This document shows positions 17,832 to 26,851 of a stretch of 64,000 bases of DNA, piece after piece. How positions within the stretch are numbered: the first letter of the stretch is position 1; the number at the start of each line of letters is the position of its first letter. The stretch lies in NCBI GenBank assembly GCA_937880755.1, contig CALGRX010000017.1, forward strand, positions 26,737-90,736. The letters are read 5' to 3'. This stretch comes from an uncultured Clostridia bacterium. Lineage in GTDB: Bacteria > Bacillota > Clostridia > Christensenellales > UBA3700. The notes below the pieces were generated by a model. That model ran no database searches. It saw only the letters and a program-made list of their open reading frames with translations, and was not told the origin of the DNA. Made by a program: the position numbers and the translations under genes.

Positions 17832-19514
17832 ATGAATAGAGAAGGTAAAAAGTGTTTATTGTATTCTCGTGTAAGTACGGAAATGCAGGTTGACGGTTAT
17901 AGCCTTGAAGCGCAAAAGAACTGCTTAAAAAGATTTGCCGAAAGAGAAGAGATGATGGTGGTAGATGCTTATGAAGATGCAGGAAAGTCGGGTAAATCTA
18001 TTGAAGGTCGTCCTGCTTTTAAAAGAATGCTTTCCGATATAGAAAACGGTAAAAATGTTGATTACGTTCTCGTTTATAAACTTTCTCGATTTGGAAGAAA
18101 TGCGGCAGATATATTGAATTCGTTGGCGTTATTGCAAACTTACGACGTGAATTTGATATGTATTGAAGAAGGAATTGACTCGTCTCAAACGAGCGGCAAA
18201 TTGCTTATTTCGGTACTGTCTGCCGTTGCAGAAATAGAAAGAGAAAATATATTAGAGCAAACTATGAATGGACGTAGAGAAAAGGCTCGCCAAGGTAAAT
18301 GGAATGGCGGGCCTGCTCCATACGGATATACGATTAACGATGGCGTTTTGCAGATTGATGAAGAAGAAGCAAAAATCGTTAGAACGATTTATGAAATGTA
18401 TGTAAACACGAAAATCGGATATACGGGAATAGCTAAATATCTCAATTTGCAAGGCATAACAAAGAGACCAAGAAAGGAAAGTGATGCTAAAGTTTTTAGC
18501 GGGCATTTTATACAAATTTTATTAGATAATCCCGTGTATTGCGGAAAGATAGCGTACGGAAGAAGAAAACACGAGCGTATTAAAGGAAGGAAAAATGAAT
18601 ATCACGTGGTACATCAAAAAGAGTTTTCGCTTACCGATGGGTTGCACGAAGGTATCGTAAGTAAAGAACTTTGGAAAAAGGCAAGGGATAAAAGAGTGGC
18701 AACAGGAATTAAATTAGCATCAAAAATAGGTAAAGACCGCACGTATTTACTTACGGGAATATTAAAATGTCCTAAATGCGGTAGTCCTATGTATGCCAAT
18801 AGAATAAGATGGACTAAAAAGGATGGTACGGAAAAGGAAGTAATGTATTATTCTTGTAGCCGAAATAAAATGAAGCGAGGGGGCTTTTGTGATTATAGCG
18901 CTAATCTAAAGAAAACGGATATCGAACCGCTTGTTATAGGCGTTATAAAACAAATTATAAACGACGAAAGATTTGTTGAAGGTGTAAAAAGTAGTATTGG
19001 TATTCACGTTGATGAGGATAAGATTGTGGAAGAAATTAAAAATTATGAAGCAAAACTGAAAGAAGTTCAACTGAATAAAAATCGACTTGAAACGGAACTT
19101 GACACCTTGCCGATAGATGCTAAATATAGAGATAGAAAAATAAAAGATATGACGACGAGAATTGATTATATGTACGATGTAATCGCGGAGATAGAAGAAA
19201 AGATTGATGACGCACGTTATAGAAAACACGCGATTGAAGAAAAATCACTAACATTTGAAAACATATATCGAATTTTAGAGCATTTTTCTAAAATATATGA
19301 TATAATAAATGATGAAGATAGAAAAGAATTGCTCGCGGAGTTAATCAAAGAGATACATATTTATCCCGAAGGGGAAAACGAGTACCCGTTGAAGTCAATA
19401 AAATTCGCTTTTCCTATACTGTTAGACGGAAAAGAAGTAGATGAAATTTTTTTGAACAAGCCGTCGAGTGTCGAGACTTTAGTCTGTTTAACCCGTGTAA
19501 ACCACAATATATAG
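17832..19514 (+). CDS. Large serine recombinase (integrase)
   Basis: N-terminal resolvase catalytic block LLYSRVSTEMQ...YSLEAQ, a recombinase domain, the zinc ribbon CPKCGSPM...YYSC, and a long coiled coil. Confidence 0.9.
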   Translation: MNREGKKCLLYSRVSTEMQVDGYSLEAQKNCLKRFAEREEMMVVDAYEDAGKSGKSIEGRPAFKRMLSDIENGKNVDYVLVYKLSRFGRNAADILNSLALLQTYDVNLICIEEGIDSSQTSGKLLISVLSAVAEIERENILEQTMNGRREKARQGKWNGGPAPYGYTINDGVLQIDEEEAKIVRTIYEMYVNTKIGYTGIAKYLNLQGITKRPRKESDAKVFSGHFIQILLDNPVYCGKIAYGRRKHERIKGRKNEYHVVHQKEFSLTDGLHEGIVSKELWKKARDKRVATGIKLASKIGKDRTYLLTGILKCPKCGSPMYANRIRWTKKDGTEKEVMYYSCSRNKMKRGGFCDYSANLKKTDIEPLVIGVIKQIINDERFVEGVKSSIGIHVDEDKIVEEIKNYEAKLKEVQLNKNRLETELDTLPIDAKYRDRKIKDMTTRIDYMYDVIAEIEEKIDDARYRKHAIEEKSLTFENIYRILEHFSKIYDIINDEDRKELLAELIKEIHIYPEGENEYPLKSIKFAFPILLDGKEVDEIFLNKPSSVETLVCLTRVNHNI

Positions 19515-19585
19515 TATCAATTAAATCATTTTAATACAAAATATTGATTTTTATTATTTCTAAATATGTTTCGTGTCCACCTTTT

Positions 19586-19620
19586 GTCCACGCTTTTGAA
19601 ACGGCGTGGACATTTTTATT
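19586..19620 (+). terminator. Rho-independent terminator after the recombinase
   Basis: GTCCACGC / GCGTGGAC stem followed by ATTTTTATT. Confidence 0.6.
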
Positions 19621-19621
19621 G

Positions 19622-19882
19622 TCAACCAACCGTGGTTCGCTCTTTGTATATTGAATCTAACCACTTCATTAAAACGGCTTTGCAGAAGTTTGCCGACATA
19701 AATTCGTCATCATAAGACCACTCTTTCGTTGCCGTATCGTAATATAATGTAAGTTCTCCAAAGCCTATATTTTTTGCGCCCCATTGAATCTTAAAACCAA
19801 TAGTATGTTGGAAGCGTTTATTACCCTTATACATTTCGACATCGACATATTCTATTTCATACAAAAATAGGGGATTTGTCAA
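19622..19882 (-). CDS. Hypothetical protein (weak call)
   Basis: 86-codon ORF with a TTG start and no clear SD. AT-rich. Confidence 0.35.
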   Translation of the reverse strand: MTNPLFLYEIEYVDVEMYKGNKRFQHTIGFKIQWGAKNIGFGELTLYYDTATKEWSYDDEFMSANFCKAVLMKWLDSIYKERTTVG

Positions 19883-19923
19883 TAATAATTGACGTTAATC
19901 AAAATACCAAGGATACTTCGATT

Positions 19924-20424
19924 TTAACTGCCTATATCTATCCAGCGATTTCTCTTCTTCTTGCATGTGGAGTCTTTACCATTGTAACTATAAACAAATC
20001 CAAGTTCTTTTAGCTTTTTAGTTGTGAGCAATCTGCACAGCTTAAATAATAAGCTTGATGCTTCATTATAAGAACCAATTTCTAAAAACCCTGTAACCCC
20101 GTAACTGGCTGTATTTGTTTTTAATGTAGCCCAATCTACGTCGTTATTATACGGGTAAATATCCGTTGTCAACTTTCTTTCCGTATTTGGCGTCCCGAAT
20201 AAAATGTCCTTATTTGTTGGGGGAATGGTTTGTTCTAAGAAAATTTTTCGAAGTAGGGGAACTTTTGCTGTAAAAATATATGCATTCTTATCTTTGGCGT
20301 TATATCCGTGTTCCCAATTATAAGCTGAATGGATGTGATGACCATAGTCAATGTATCGTTGTACTTGACTTGAGTATTTACACCTATCTTGTAAAATTTG
20401 TTCCGGGCTGGAACAAGAAGGCAA
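19924..20424 (-). CDS. Hypothetical protein, possibly a 5'-truncated remnant
   Basis: 166 codons with no Met codon at all. TTG start, no SD. The frame closes 3 codons upstream, at the compositional boundary. Confidence 0.3.
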   Translation of the reverse strand: MPSCSSPEQILQDRCKYSSQVQRYIDYGHHIHSAYNWEHGYNAKDKNAYIFTAKVPLLRKIFLEQTIPPTNKDILFGTPNTERKLTTDIYPYNNDVDWATLKTNTASYGVTGFLEIGSYNEASSLLFKLCRLLTTKKLKELGFVYSYNGKDSTCKKKRNRWIDIGS

Positions 20425-20650
20425 CGGTAGACTCTACAAGGGATTGTTGTACAAAAATATCCAAGAGGGAGTAAAAGTGGACTTCAACCATTCTTACACC
20501 TACAAAGCTCATTCAGAGACTGACGGCGCAGAGTCTTACAAGTATACTATCGGCAACATACAAGACGGCTAAGTATATCGAGTATCTCGCAAGGGTAGCA
20601 ACGTCGTAACGCCTATTGACGATATTACTTGCGATACCCGATTCGATTAT

Positions 20651-21094
20651 TTGACCGATATGCTTACCTACACGGTTGACGAAATAGATTGCATCAAAGT
20701 GTCTACCGACAAGGACGGCAATACGACTTATCAAATATTTGTCAAAGACACTAGCACGTATGCGCTTCAAAGCAATATCGTAGACGTCATCAATTCTTAC
20801 GATGCAGAGGGCGTGCCTGACGTAGACAATTACTTTAATGCCGAAGAAAACAAGATTTGCAAATCCAACTTGGCTATAGTGGTCAAGGATGGCAAACTAG
20901 TGTCTGCCGAGTGCACTTCAAAAATCAAGTATTATCCTACTGCGGGTGACAACCAAGATTATCGTGTTACTTTTCCCGATGAAGTTTCTATAGTGGTTGA
21001 CGAATGGTTGAACAATGCTCTCGACTACGAAGCACCTACTAAGGCCGAGGCGGCGCTCACGGGATTGTCTGCATCTAAGTACTATATTCTTTGA
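20651..21094 (+). CDS. Hypothetical protein; possibly the 3' part of a disrupted gene
   Basis: TTG 20651 or ATG 20660 start, no SD. The same frame is open from 20369 and is interrupted only by TAA at 20570-20572. Confidence 0.4.
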   Translation: MTDMLTYTVDEIDCIKVSTDKDGNTTYQIFVKDTSTYALQSNIVDVINSYDAEGVPDVDNYFNAEENKICKSNLAIVVKDGKLVSAECTSKIKYYPTAGDNQDYRVTFPDEVSIVVDEWLNNALDYEAPTKAEAALTGLSASKYYIL

Positions 21095-21120
21095 TATTTT
21101 ATTCAATATTCTCAATAAGA

Positions 21121-21148
21121 CTTGCCCGACGGCAAGCCTTATTTTATT
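21121..21148 (+). terminator. Possible terminator
   Basis: CTTGCC CGAC GGCAAG hairpin followed by CCTTATTTTATT. Confidence 0.4.
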
Positions 21149-21190
21149 GACAAAGCATATCGGTTGTGCTAACATAATATTATCAATAGT

Positions 21191-21367
21191 TTGACAGACC
21201 TGCCTTAGGGCTAAGAGCAGTGGGAAGAACGGTGAAAATCCGTCGCAACAGCCATTACCGTCACAGTCGGATAACCTGCCTGTCAATCACAACGCTAAGC
21301 AATTCTTGGGCAAGGAAGAATGGACTTACGTCTTGCTTGCCTACTCTCACGAGTAGGTTTTTCTTTT
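21191..21367 (+). promoter_or_regulatory. Cobalamin (B12) riboswitch with a terminator expression platform
   Basis: GGGAAGAACGGTGAAAATCCGT core and B12 box AGTCGGATAACCTGCC (21265-21280). P1 pairs TTGACAG (21191-21197) with CTGTCAA (21280-21286). Terminator CCTACTC-TCAC-GAGTAGG plus TTTTTCTTTT at 21340-21367. Confidence 0.85.
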
Positions 21368-21391
21368 GCCCTACAACAAAGGAGAATATAT

Positions 21392-21856
21392 ATGAAAAAT
21401 TTTAGCAAAGTAGCAGTCGTAGTATGTCTTGCGCTCGCACTCGTTTTGTGCGCCGTGGCTTGTCAGCCTGATACGCCATCCAAAGGAGAGGTAACTATCG
21501 TAATTGCACCGCTCGAGGGCGAAGCAACCGAATACACGGTAGACTTGTCCGATATCGCCGAGGACGGCGGAGTCGTTGCGATTTTGGACTATCTCAAAGA
21601 CAATAAAGGTCTTGAATACATCACCGAAGACAGCGGATACGGCGCATATCTTACCAAAGTCGGCGACTTGCAACAAAATTATGCCACGGGCGAATATATC
21701 TATATTTACACTTCGGTTGCCAAAGATTTTGACGTATCCGAGTATGCAAGTACCGTGGAATACCAAGGCAAAACCTTGACGAGCTCCGGCGTAGGCATAT
21801 CGTCTATGTCGGTAGAAGACGGAGCAATTATATACTTCACCATTATCGTTTATTGA
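21392..21856 (+). CDS. Lipoprotein, DUF4430-like (transcobalamin-like B12-binding fold family)
   Basis: Signal peptide with lipobox LCAVAC. The mature sequence resembles DUF4430 proteins that accompany B12 uptake genes. It lies directly downstream of the riboswitch. Confidence 0.6.
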   Translation: MKNFSKVAVVVCLALALVLCAVACQPDTPSKGEVTIVIAPLEGEATEYTVDLSDIAEDGGVVAILDYLKDNKGLEYITEDSGYGAYLTKVGDLQQNYATGEYIYIYTSVAKDFDVSEYASTVEYQGKTLTSSGVGISSMSVEDGAIIYFTIIVY

Positions 21857-21857
21857 T

Positions 21858-22439
21858 ATGTCGGCAAAGCAAACGGCGAGCATAGGTGCCAAAAAGGTTG
21901 CCCTAATAGCCATAATGACGGCTACTATCGAAGCGGGAAAGTTGGCGTTGTCCGCCATACCCAACGTAGAAGTCGTCAGTTTGCTTTGCGCGGTATACGG
22001 CTACGTCTTCGGGCTTATTGGGGTGGTGTCGATAGTGCTTTTCGTGGGGATAGAGACGCTGATATGGGGCGTCAACACGTGGGTACTGTCCTACCTTATC
22101 TATTGGCCTATGGTGTGTATGATATATTGGTTGCTTAGGATACTCAAGGTCCATAGTCGACTCATTATCACGGCGGTAATAGTGGTGCTGACGGCGTTTT
22201 TCGGCGTACTTACGTCACTCGTCGACGTAGGACTTTTTAGCGGTTTTTGGGAGGATTTTTGGCAGAGGTTTGCCATATACTATAGCCGAGGGATAGTCTT
22301 TTACGTAGTGCAAATCGCGTGCAACGCCATAGTTTTTCCACTCTTGTTTTTACCCCTTGTCAAGGTGCTTGCCAAGTTTAGGGATAAGTTTTTGGACAAA
22401 CCCAACTCTTTACCTCTGGCGGAAGAAACAAGCGAATAA
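21858..22439 (+). CDS. ECF-transporter S-component-like membrane protein (candidate cobalamin-specific)
   Basis: About six TM helices. The N-terminal KKVALIAIMTATIEAGKLALSAIPNVEVVSLL is typical of ECF S components. It shares the riboswitch-controlled unit. Confidence 0.5.
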   Translation: MSAKQTASIGAKKVALIAIMTATIEAGKLALSAIPNVEVVSLLCAVYGYVFGLIGVVSIVLFVGIETLIWGVNTWVLSYLIYWPMVCMIYWLLRILKVHSRLIITAVIVVLTAFFGVLTSLVDVGLFSGFWEDFWQRFAIYYSRGIVFYVVQIACNAIVFPLLFLPLVKVLAKFRDKFLDKPNSLPLAEETSE

Positions 22440-22544
22440 ACCGTCGGTCAATCTAAAACTTATTATCAACGCATTGGAAGAGCTTTCAAAATAGGCGATT
22501 AGAAGCGTTTTAAAGTATAAAGCAAATAGACTAATTGTTAGAAT

Positions 22545-22582
22545 AAAAACACACGCAAATTATGCGTGTGTTTTTGTTTTTT
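22545..22582. terminator. Bidirectional rho-independent terminator
   Basis: CACACGCA / TGCGTGTG stem flanked by an A-run and a T-run, between convergent genes. Confidence 0.75.
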
Positions 22583-22610
22583 GATTATACGTATCGACTT
22601 TTTGCGATAT

Positions 22611-24323
22611 TTATTGATTATTCTCGCCCTCGTCAACGATGCTTTCTTGCACTTCCACGGGCACTTCTTCTACGCTATCCGTGGTGTTTGTATCGCTTGG
22701 CGCGTCTTTGACGGATAGGAAGTCCTCACCACCGATACCCGTTTCCCTTACGTACTCGTTCAAGGCTTCCACGTCACCGCCCATCAATCTTTCTTCTAGA
22801 GAGGTAGCCGTTTCCGCGTCGACTATACCGTCTTGAGCCAAGGCTCTGACCTTGAGCGTTTCGATGATGCAGGCGTGTTTTTTCTCGGTGATATCCCAGA
22901 AGAACATAGGTATCGTGCCGAGTATACCACTGACTATACCGATTATTGCGCTCGTTGCAATAATTCCGTATAGCACGTCGGGGTTAGTTAGCACCGTTAC
23001 GTCGTCATTAAAGCCGTGCAACTTGTAGATAGCAGGATTGACGAACGATAGTCCGATACCTATCGCCATAGTAAATACGGCAACGCATTGCGAGATAAAG
23101 CCCTCTTGTCTTTCTCCCGTTTGGAATTGTTGATAGTCGTACATTTGAGTTTGGATAGCGGGAGTGGTAACGAGTTGCAACGAGTTGGCAAGCGTTATGA
23201 TAAAGGATATTATAATTATAAAGTACGGCGTAAATGCGTTGTAAGTCATCGATACGAATAGTAGAGGTATCGTCAATACTACGCATAGTATATTGGTAAA
23301 TATAATTATATTCTTTTTGCCGAACTTCTTGATAAAGAGCGGAGCAAGCACCATTCCAGGCACGCACGCCGAGCCCATTATCGTCACGAAGAGTGATTGC
23401 GCCCAGTTCTCTTGGATAGCGTAACTACACAACCAAACGACGAAGGTAGTACCGGCAAGTTTGAAAGTACTGAGAATAGAACTCGACGTAAAGAGCCAAA
23501 AGTATTTATTTTTAGCAGTCGACACGATACCGTGTTTGAAATTGACTTTTTGCTTGTATTGTTTGGAGGTTGCTGTTCTTTCTTTGGTACCGAAAGCCGT
23601 CCAATAACCTAGTGCAAGGCAAAGTATCATTGCGATAGGCATCACCCACTTAAAAGGTCCTACGGTATGGATACCCAGCATTTTATCGCCCGTCGTGAGG
23701 GTGTAGGTGTACAACAAATTGCCGATGAAAGGAATAATCATATTGACTAGAGACGGTCCGAGGGAATATACCGTTGCGCCGATACCCATCAACCATTCTT
23801 TTTCGCCTTGTGCGGGAGTAATGACTTGCAAAAGTGTGGTGAATGCCAAAGAATACAGACCAACGAAAAACTGTAACAACTGGAAGATTATCGTATAGAC
23901 AACCAACATCACCATATAGTGGTCCGTCAACATTTGCGGTATCCAACCTATGGCGAACATACATACCACTATAGGTATAGGCATCCATATCAGATACGGT
24001 CTAAATTTGCCGTACTTGGTATTGGTGTTGTCAATCAACATAGAGTAGATAGGCGCCCTAAGTATATTGACGATATTGCTTATGATACCTATGATGACGA
24101 TATGGTCAACGGCAATGTTGAGAGCCGCGGCTATATACATACCTGCTTGCAAGGTCACATAGCTAGGTATTATCGTTGCGCCGACGGCGCCCATTCCTCC
24201 CACGCAATAAGCGGCGGCTTCTTTGTAGGACAGATATCTGCCCTTAGGCGGTTTGTTCCAATAAGTTTTGAAACCTTTAACAACGTTTCCGAGTTTGCCA
24301 AAGGCGGTTTTGATTTTACCCAT
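22611..24323 (-). CDS. MFS / glycoside-pentoside-hexuronide (GPH) family cation symporter
   Basis: 12 TM-type hydrophobic profile. The N-terminus KPPKGRYLSYKEAAAYCVGGMG is typical of GPH-like sugar transporters. The C-terminal tail is acidic. Confidence 0.6.
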   Translation of the reverse strand: MGKIKTAFGKLGNVVKGFKTYWNKPPKGRYLSYKEAAAYCVGGMGAVGATIIPSYVTLQAGMYIAAALNIAVDHIVIIGIISNIVNILRAPIYSMLIDNTNTKYGKFRPYLIWMPIPIVVCMFAIGWIPQMLTDHYMVMLVVYTIIFQLLQFFVGLYSLAFTTLLQVITPAQGEKEWLMGIGATVYSLGPSLVNMIIPFIGNLLYTYTLTTGDKMLGIHTVGPFKWVMPIAMILCLALGYWTAFGTKERTATSKQYKQKVNFKHGIVSTAKNKYFWLFTSSSILSTFKLAGTTFVVWLCSYAIQENWAQSLFVTIMGSACVPGMVLAPLFIKKFGKKNIIIFTNILCVVLTIPLLFVSMTYNAFTPYFIIIISFIITLANSLQLVTTPAIQTQMYDYQQFQTGERQEGFISQCVAVFTMAIGIGLSFVNPAIYKLHGFNDDVTVLTNPDVLYGIIATSAIIGIVSGILGTIPMFFWDITEKKHACIIETLKVRALAQDGIVDAETATSLEERLMGGDVEALNEYVRETGIGGEDFLSVKDAPSDTNTTDSVEEVPVEVQESIVDEGENNQ

Positions 24324-24420
24324 AATTTTCTCCTATACAACATATGATATCATACATATTTTTTCATTGCAAGTAGGTTTTCAAAAAAAATCGAAATAGT
24401 ATAGCCAAAAATCGATGTAG

Positions 24421-24449
24421 TTGACAAAAGTCTATTATTCTATTATAAT
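24421..24449 (+). promoter_or_regulatory. Consensus sigma-A promoter of the GH18 gene
   Basis: TTGACA, 17-nt spacer, TATAAT. Confidence 0.65.
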
Positions 24450-24506
24450 TTTGTCGAGATGCTTTGCGATATAATATCGCCTTGTAGTGTCATGGGGGGA
24501 GAGATT

Positions 24507-25964
24507 ATGACTATCAAAGCCAAGATTTTGACTGTATTTATTGTTGTCGCAATGCTTGCGGTAGGCGTTGGTGTAGGCGTGTATTACACCGTCACCAATA
24601 CCGATGGCTATTTGGGTGATTATGCCGACCTGACGGCTAATGCCCAAGTCACCAAGACGAGTGATACCGTCACCGTCAAGTTTGACGCCGAGCAGACCTT
24701 CAACACGGTAGTGCTCAAAGAGCGCGACAACAACGTCGAGCAGTTCGAGATGTATTATTTGGACGGAGAGGACAACGAGATTTTCTTCTATCGTCAAGAC
24801 CTCATCGGGCCATATCGGTATTGCGCTTTCGACAGTATCACGACAGACCAACTCATCGTCAAAATCACGCCTATGGCTGGCAAGAGCGTCAAGATAAAGG
24901 ACGTGGAAGTCTTTGATATCCACGGCTCCTACGACGACGACTTTAGAGTAACGGCGTACGTCGTTGCGCCTTACGTGCAAAAGATAGGGTCATTGCACCC
25001 CGAGCACTTCGAGGTCATCAATCACGTCAATCTCATCACTTGCACCTACTTTGACGAGTACGGCAATTTGTACTTCAACGACTTTGAGGTAGACGGAGTG
25101 CTCAAGGACGGACAAGAGATTTTCGAGACGGCGCTTGCCAACGTAAGGGCAGTTGCTCAGCCGGGCACGACCATAGTATGCACTATACTAGGACAAGACC
25201 TCAAGGGCAATAGGTATCCCAACGAAATACACGACTCTGCCTTTACCACCAACAAGGACAACTTGCTTAAGAACGCCACGGCTTTTTGTGAAAAGTACGA
25301 CCTAGACGGGCTCTCCTTTGACTACGAATATCCTACCAATCCTACCGAGTACAAGCACCTTTTCGATTTTTGCGGAGCGTTGCAAGAGGCAATGCCACCG
25401 CAGAAACTCGTCACCGTAGCGCTCTGCTCGTGGGCAATTTACAAAATCGGTTTATTCGACCACAGCGGACTTGACAACGTGGATTGGGTAGAGGTGATGA
25501 ACTACGACGAAACCTACGAAGAGCACGGCTATCATTCCACTTTTGCCGAGTCGGCATATCGTGGCATACGCGATATGGAGAACCTCAACGCTCTAACCCT
25601 CAATCTTCCGTATGCCTACACCGACATATCCAAGATTGATATGGGCGTACCTTTCTATTCTCGTCCTATCGACACTGCTCCGTTCTGGGGAAATTACAAC
25701 GCGGTAGCTCATTCTCTCGGCAAGTTCGGCAATATCTACGACGGCAAAGTCGACGATTACGGCAACCCTCTCGTAGACGGACAAGGCAACGAAGTCAAGA
25801 GATTGTACTACAACGGCTGGCAATTGGTGTACGACAAGACGGCGTTTGCCATCGACCACGGCGTGGGCGGACTAATGGTATGGCATTACACTTGCGACTT
25901 GCCGCCCGAGGACGACCTGTCGCTATGGATGGCAATGAAAGCGGCAATCGACGCTCGCAAATAA
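24507..25964 (+). CDS. Membrane-anchored glycoside hydrolase family 18 (chitinase/endo-beta-N-acetylglucosaminidase-like)
   Basis: GH18 catalytic motif DGLSFDYEYP and an N-terminal TM anchor ILTVFIVVAMLAVGVGVGVYY. ATG 24507 has a G-rich SD. Confidence 0.75.
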   Translation: MTIKAKILTVFIVVAMLAVGVGVGVYYTVTNTDGYLGDYADLTANAQVTKTSDTVTVKFDAEQTFNTVVLKERDNNVEQFEMYYLDGEDNEIFFYRQDLIGPYRYCAFDSITTDQLIVKITPMAGKSVKIKDVEVFDIHGSYDDDFRVTAYVVAPYVQKIGSLHPEHFEVINHVNLITCTYFDEYGNLYFNDFEVDGVLKDGQEIFETALANVRAVAQPGTTIVCTILGQDLKGNRYPNEIHDSAFTTNKDNLLKNATAFCEKYDLDGLSFDYEYPTNPTEYKHLFDFCGALQEAMPPQKLVTVALCSWAIYKIGLFDHSGLDNVDWVEVMNYDETYEEHGYHSTFAESAYRGIRDMENLNALTLNLPYAYTDISKIDMGVPFYSRPIDTAPFWGNYNAVAHSLGKFGNIYDGKVDDYGNPLVDGQGNEVKRLYYNGWQLVYDKTAFAIDHGVGGLMVWHYTCDLPPEDDLSLWMAMKAAIDARK

Positions 25965-25984
25965 AGATTTGAATATAATAATAC

Positions 25985-26011
25985 AAAAAGACCGCTTTCT
26001 GCGGTCTTTTT
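25985..26011 (+). terminator. Rho-independent terminator after the GH18 gene
   Basis: AAAAAGACCGC TTTCT GCGGTCTTTTT. Confidence 0.8.
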
Positions 26012-26165
26012 GTCGTATATCACAGCCTCTCGCATTTTTTAACTAAGTTGTCCGAAATATCAAAGATCTTATCAAAGCGACACGGTCTTTTGTTTTATTT
26101 TGTATCGATATCATATATTATATAATCAATACATAGTCGTTCAATTTTTAATATTATTCAATATC

Positions 26166-26585
26166 CTAAATACTATAATCCACGCCTTGACCCACCAGCG
26201 AGTCGAGAGTAATGCCGTCAAGATATTCGTTGATAACTTTGTCGAGTCCCTTCCACACGCCGAGAGTTTTGCATTCGTTTTGTTTTGCGCAAGGCTCTGC
26301 GCCCTCTTTTAGGCACGCCACGGGAGCAAGCGAGCCTTCCGTCAATCTCAATATATCGCCCACGGTATAGTCGCAGGTGGCTTTGGTTAGCTTATATCCA
26401 CCGCCTTTGCCTCTCAAACCGTTGAGCATTCCGCCTCTGGTGAGTATGACCAAAATGCTCTCCAAGTATTTTTCCGATATCTGTTGTCTACTTGCAATCT
26501 CGTCTAACGGGATATATCTTACGTTGCCGTTTTCGGCTATATCTATCATCACTCTCAGTGCGTATCTTCCTCTCGTAGAAATCAT
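26166..26585 (-). CDS. Rrf2-family transcriptional regulator (CymR/IscR-like, three-Cys cluster site)
   Basis: MISTRGRYALRVMIDIAENG...ISEKYLESIL is the Rrf2 HTH. Also CLKEGAEPCAKQNEC. GGAGG lies 8 nt before ATG 26585. Confidence 0.8.
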   Translation of the reverse strand: MISTRGRYALRVMIDIAENGNVRYIPLDEIASRQQISEKYLESILVILTRGGMLNGLRGKGGGYKLTKATCDYTVGDILRLTEGSLAPVACLKEGAEPCAKQNECKTLGVWKGLDKVINEYLDGITLDSLVGQGVDYSI

Positions 26586-26650
26586 ATTTTTTTCCTCCGA
26601 AATCAGTGTAACACAAAACTTTTGAAAAAACAATAAATACACAAAACCTA

Positions 26651-26679
26651 TTGACATTCTATGTTTAATGTGATATTAT
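26651..26679 (+). promoter_or_regulatory. Sigma-A promoter (extended -10) for metY-cysK
   Basis: TTGACA, 17-nt spacer ending in TGA, then TATTAT. It leaves a leader of about 170 nt. Confidence 0.55.
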
Positions 26680-26851
26680 CTACTCAACATAGCAACAAGG
26701 TAGGTTGAACAAAATGCAAAATTACTTCACAAAGCTAGTGCGACATAACTTCAGATTCGGGCGAATGCGATGTCTACGTTGACAAAACGTTGCAAAATAG
26801 TAATCACAAAAAATCAAAACGCAAAAAACCGAAAAAAGAGAAATAAATATT

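Larger units (their letters stand above)
1..20433. mobile_element. AT-rich integrated mobile element (SPbeta-like prophage segment or integrative mobilizable element). Left end is outside the window; right end lies between 19620 and about 20433
   Basis: Contiguous block of phage/plasmid-type genes (YonO-like RNAP, NrdDG, DNA MTase, Abi, Fic, MobV relaxase, large serine recombinase at 17832-19514). Visibly AT-richer by eye than the sequence after about 20.45 kb. ORFs lacking ATG/RBS and a broken frame at 20369-20572 mark the junction zone. Confidence 0.65.

Noticed and set aside
17681-17839. 52-codon ORF overlapping the recombinase start (possible directionality factor)
   Set aside because: It has no ATG. 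The only start is a TTG 2 nt after the SD-like AAGGAGA. It is a low-complexity E/K/N-rich sequence and cannot be supported without comparative data.
19575-19611. Three GTCCAC motifs (two direct, one inverted) downstream of the recombinase as the att core
   Set aside because: The inverted pair is fully explained as the terminator stem. Without the left junction or an empty site, no att site can be called.
26680-26851. S-box (SAM) riboswitch or Met T-box in the ~170-nt metY leader
   Set aside because: None of the conserved S-box or T-box core strings is present. Regulation by the adjacent Rrf2 (CymR-like) protein is more likely but was not demonstrated.
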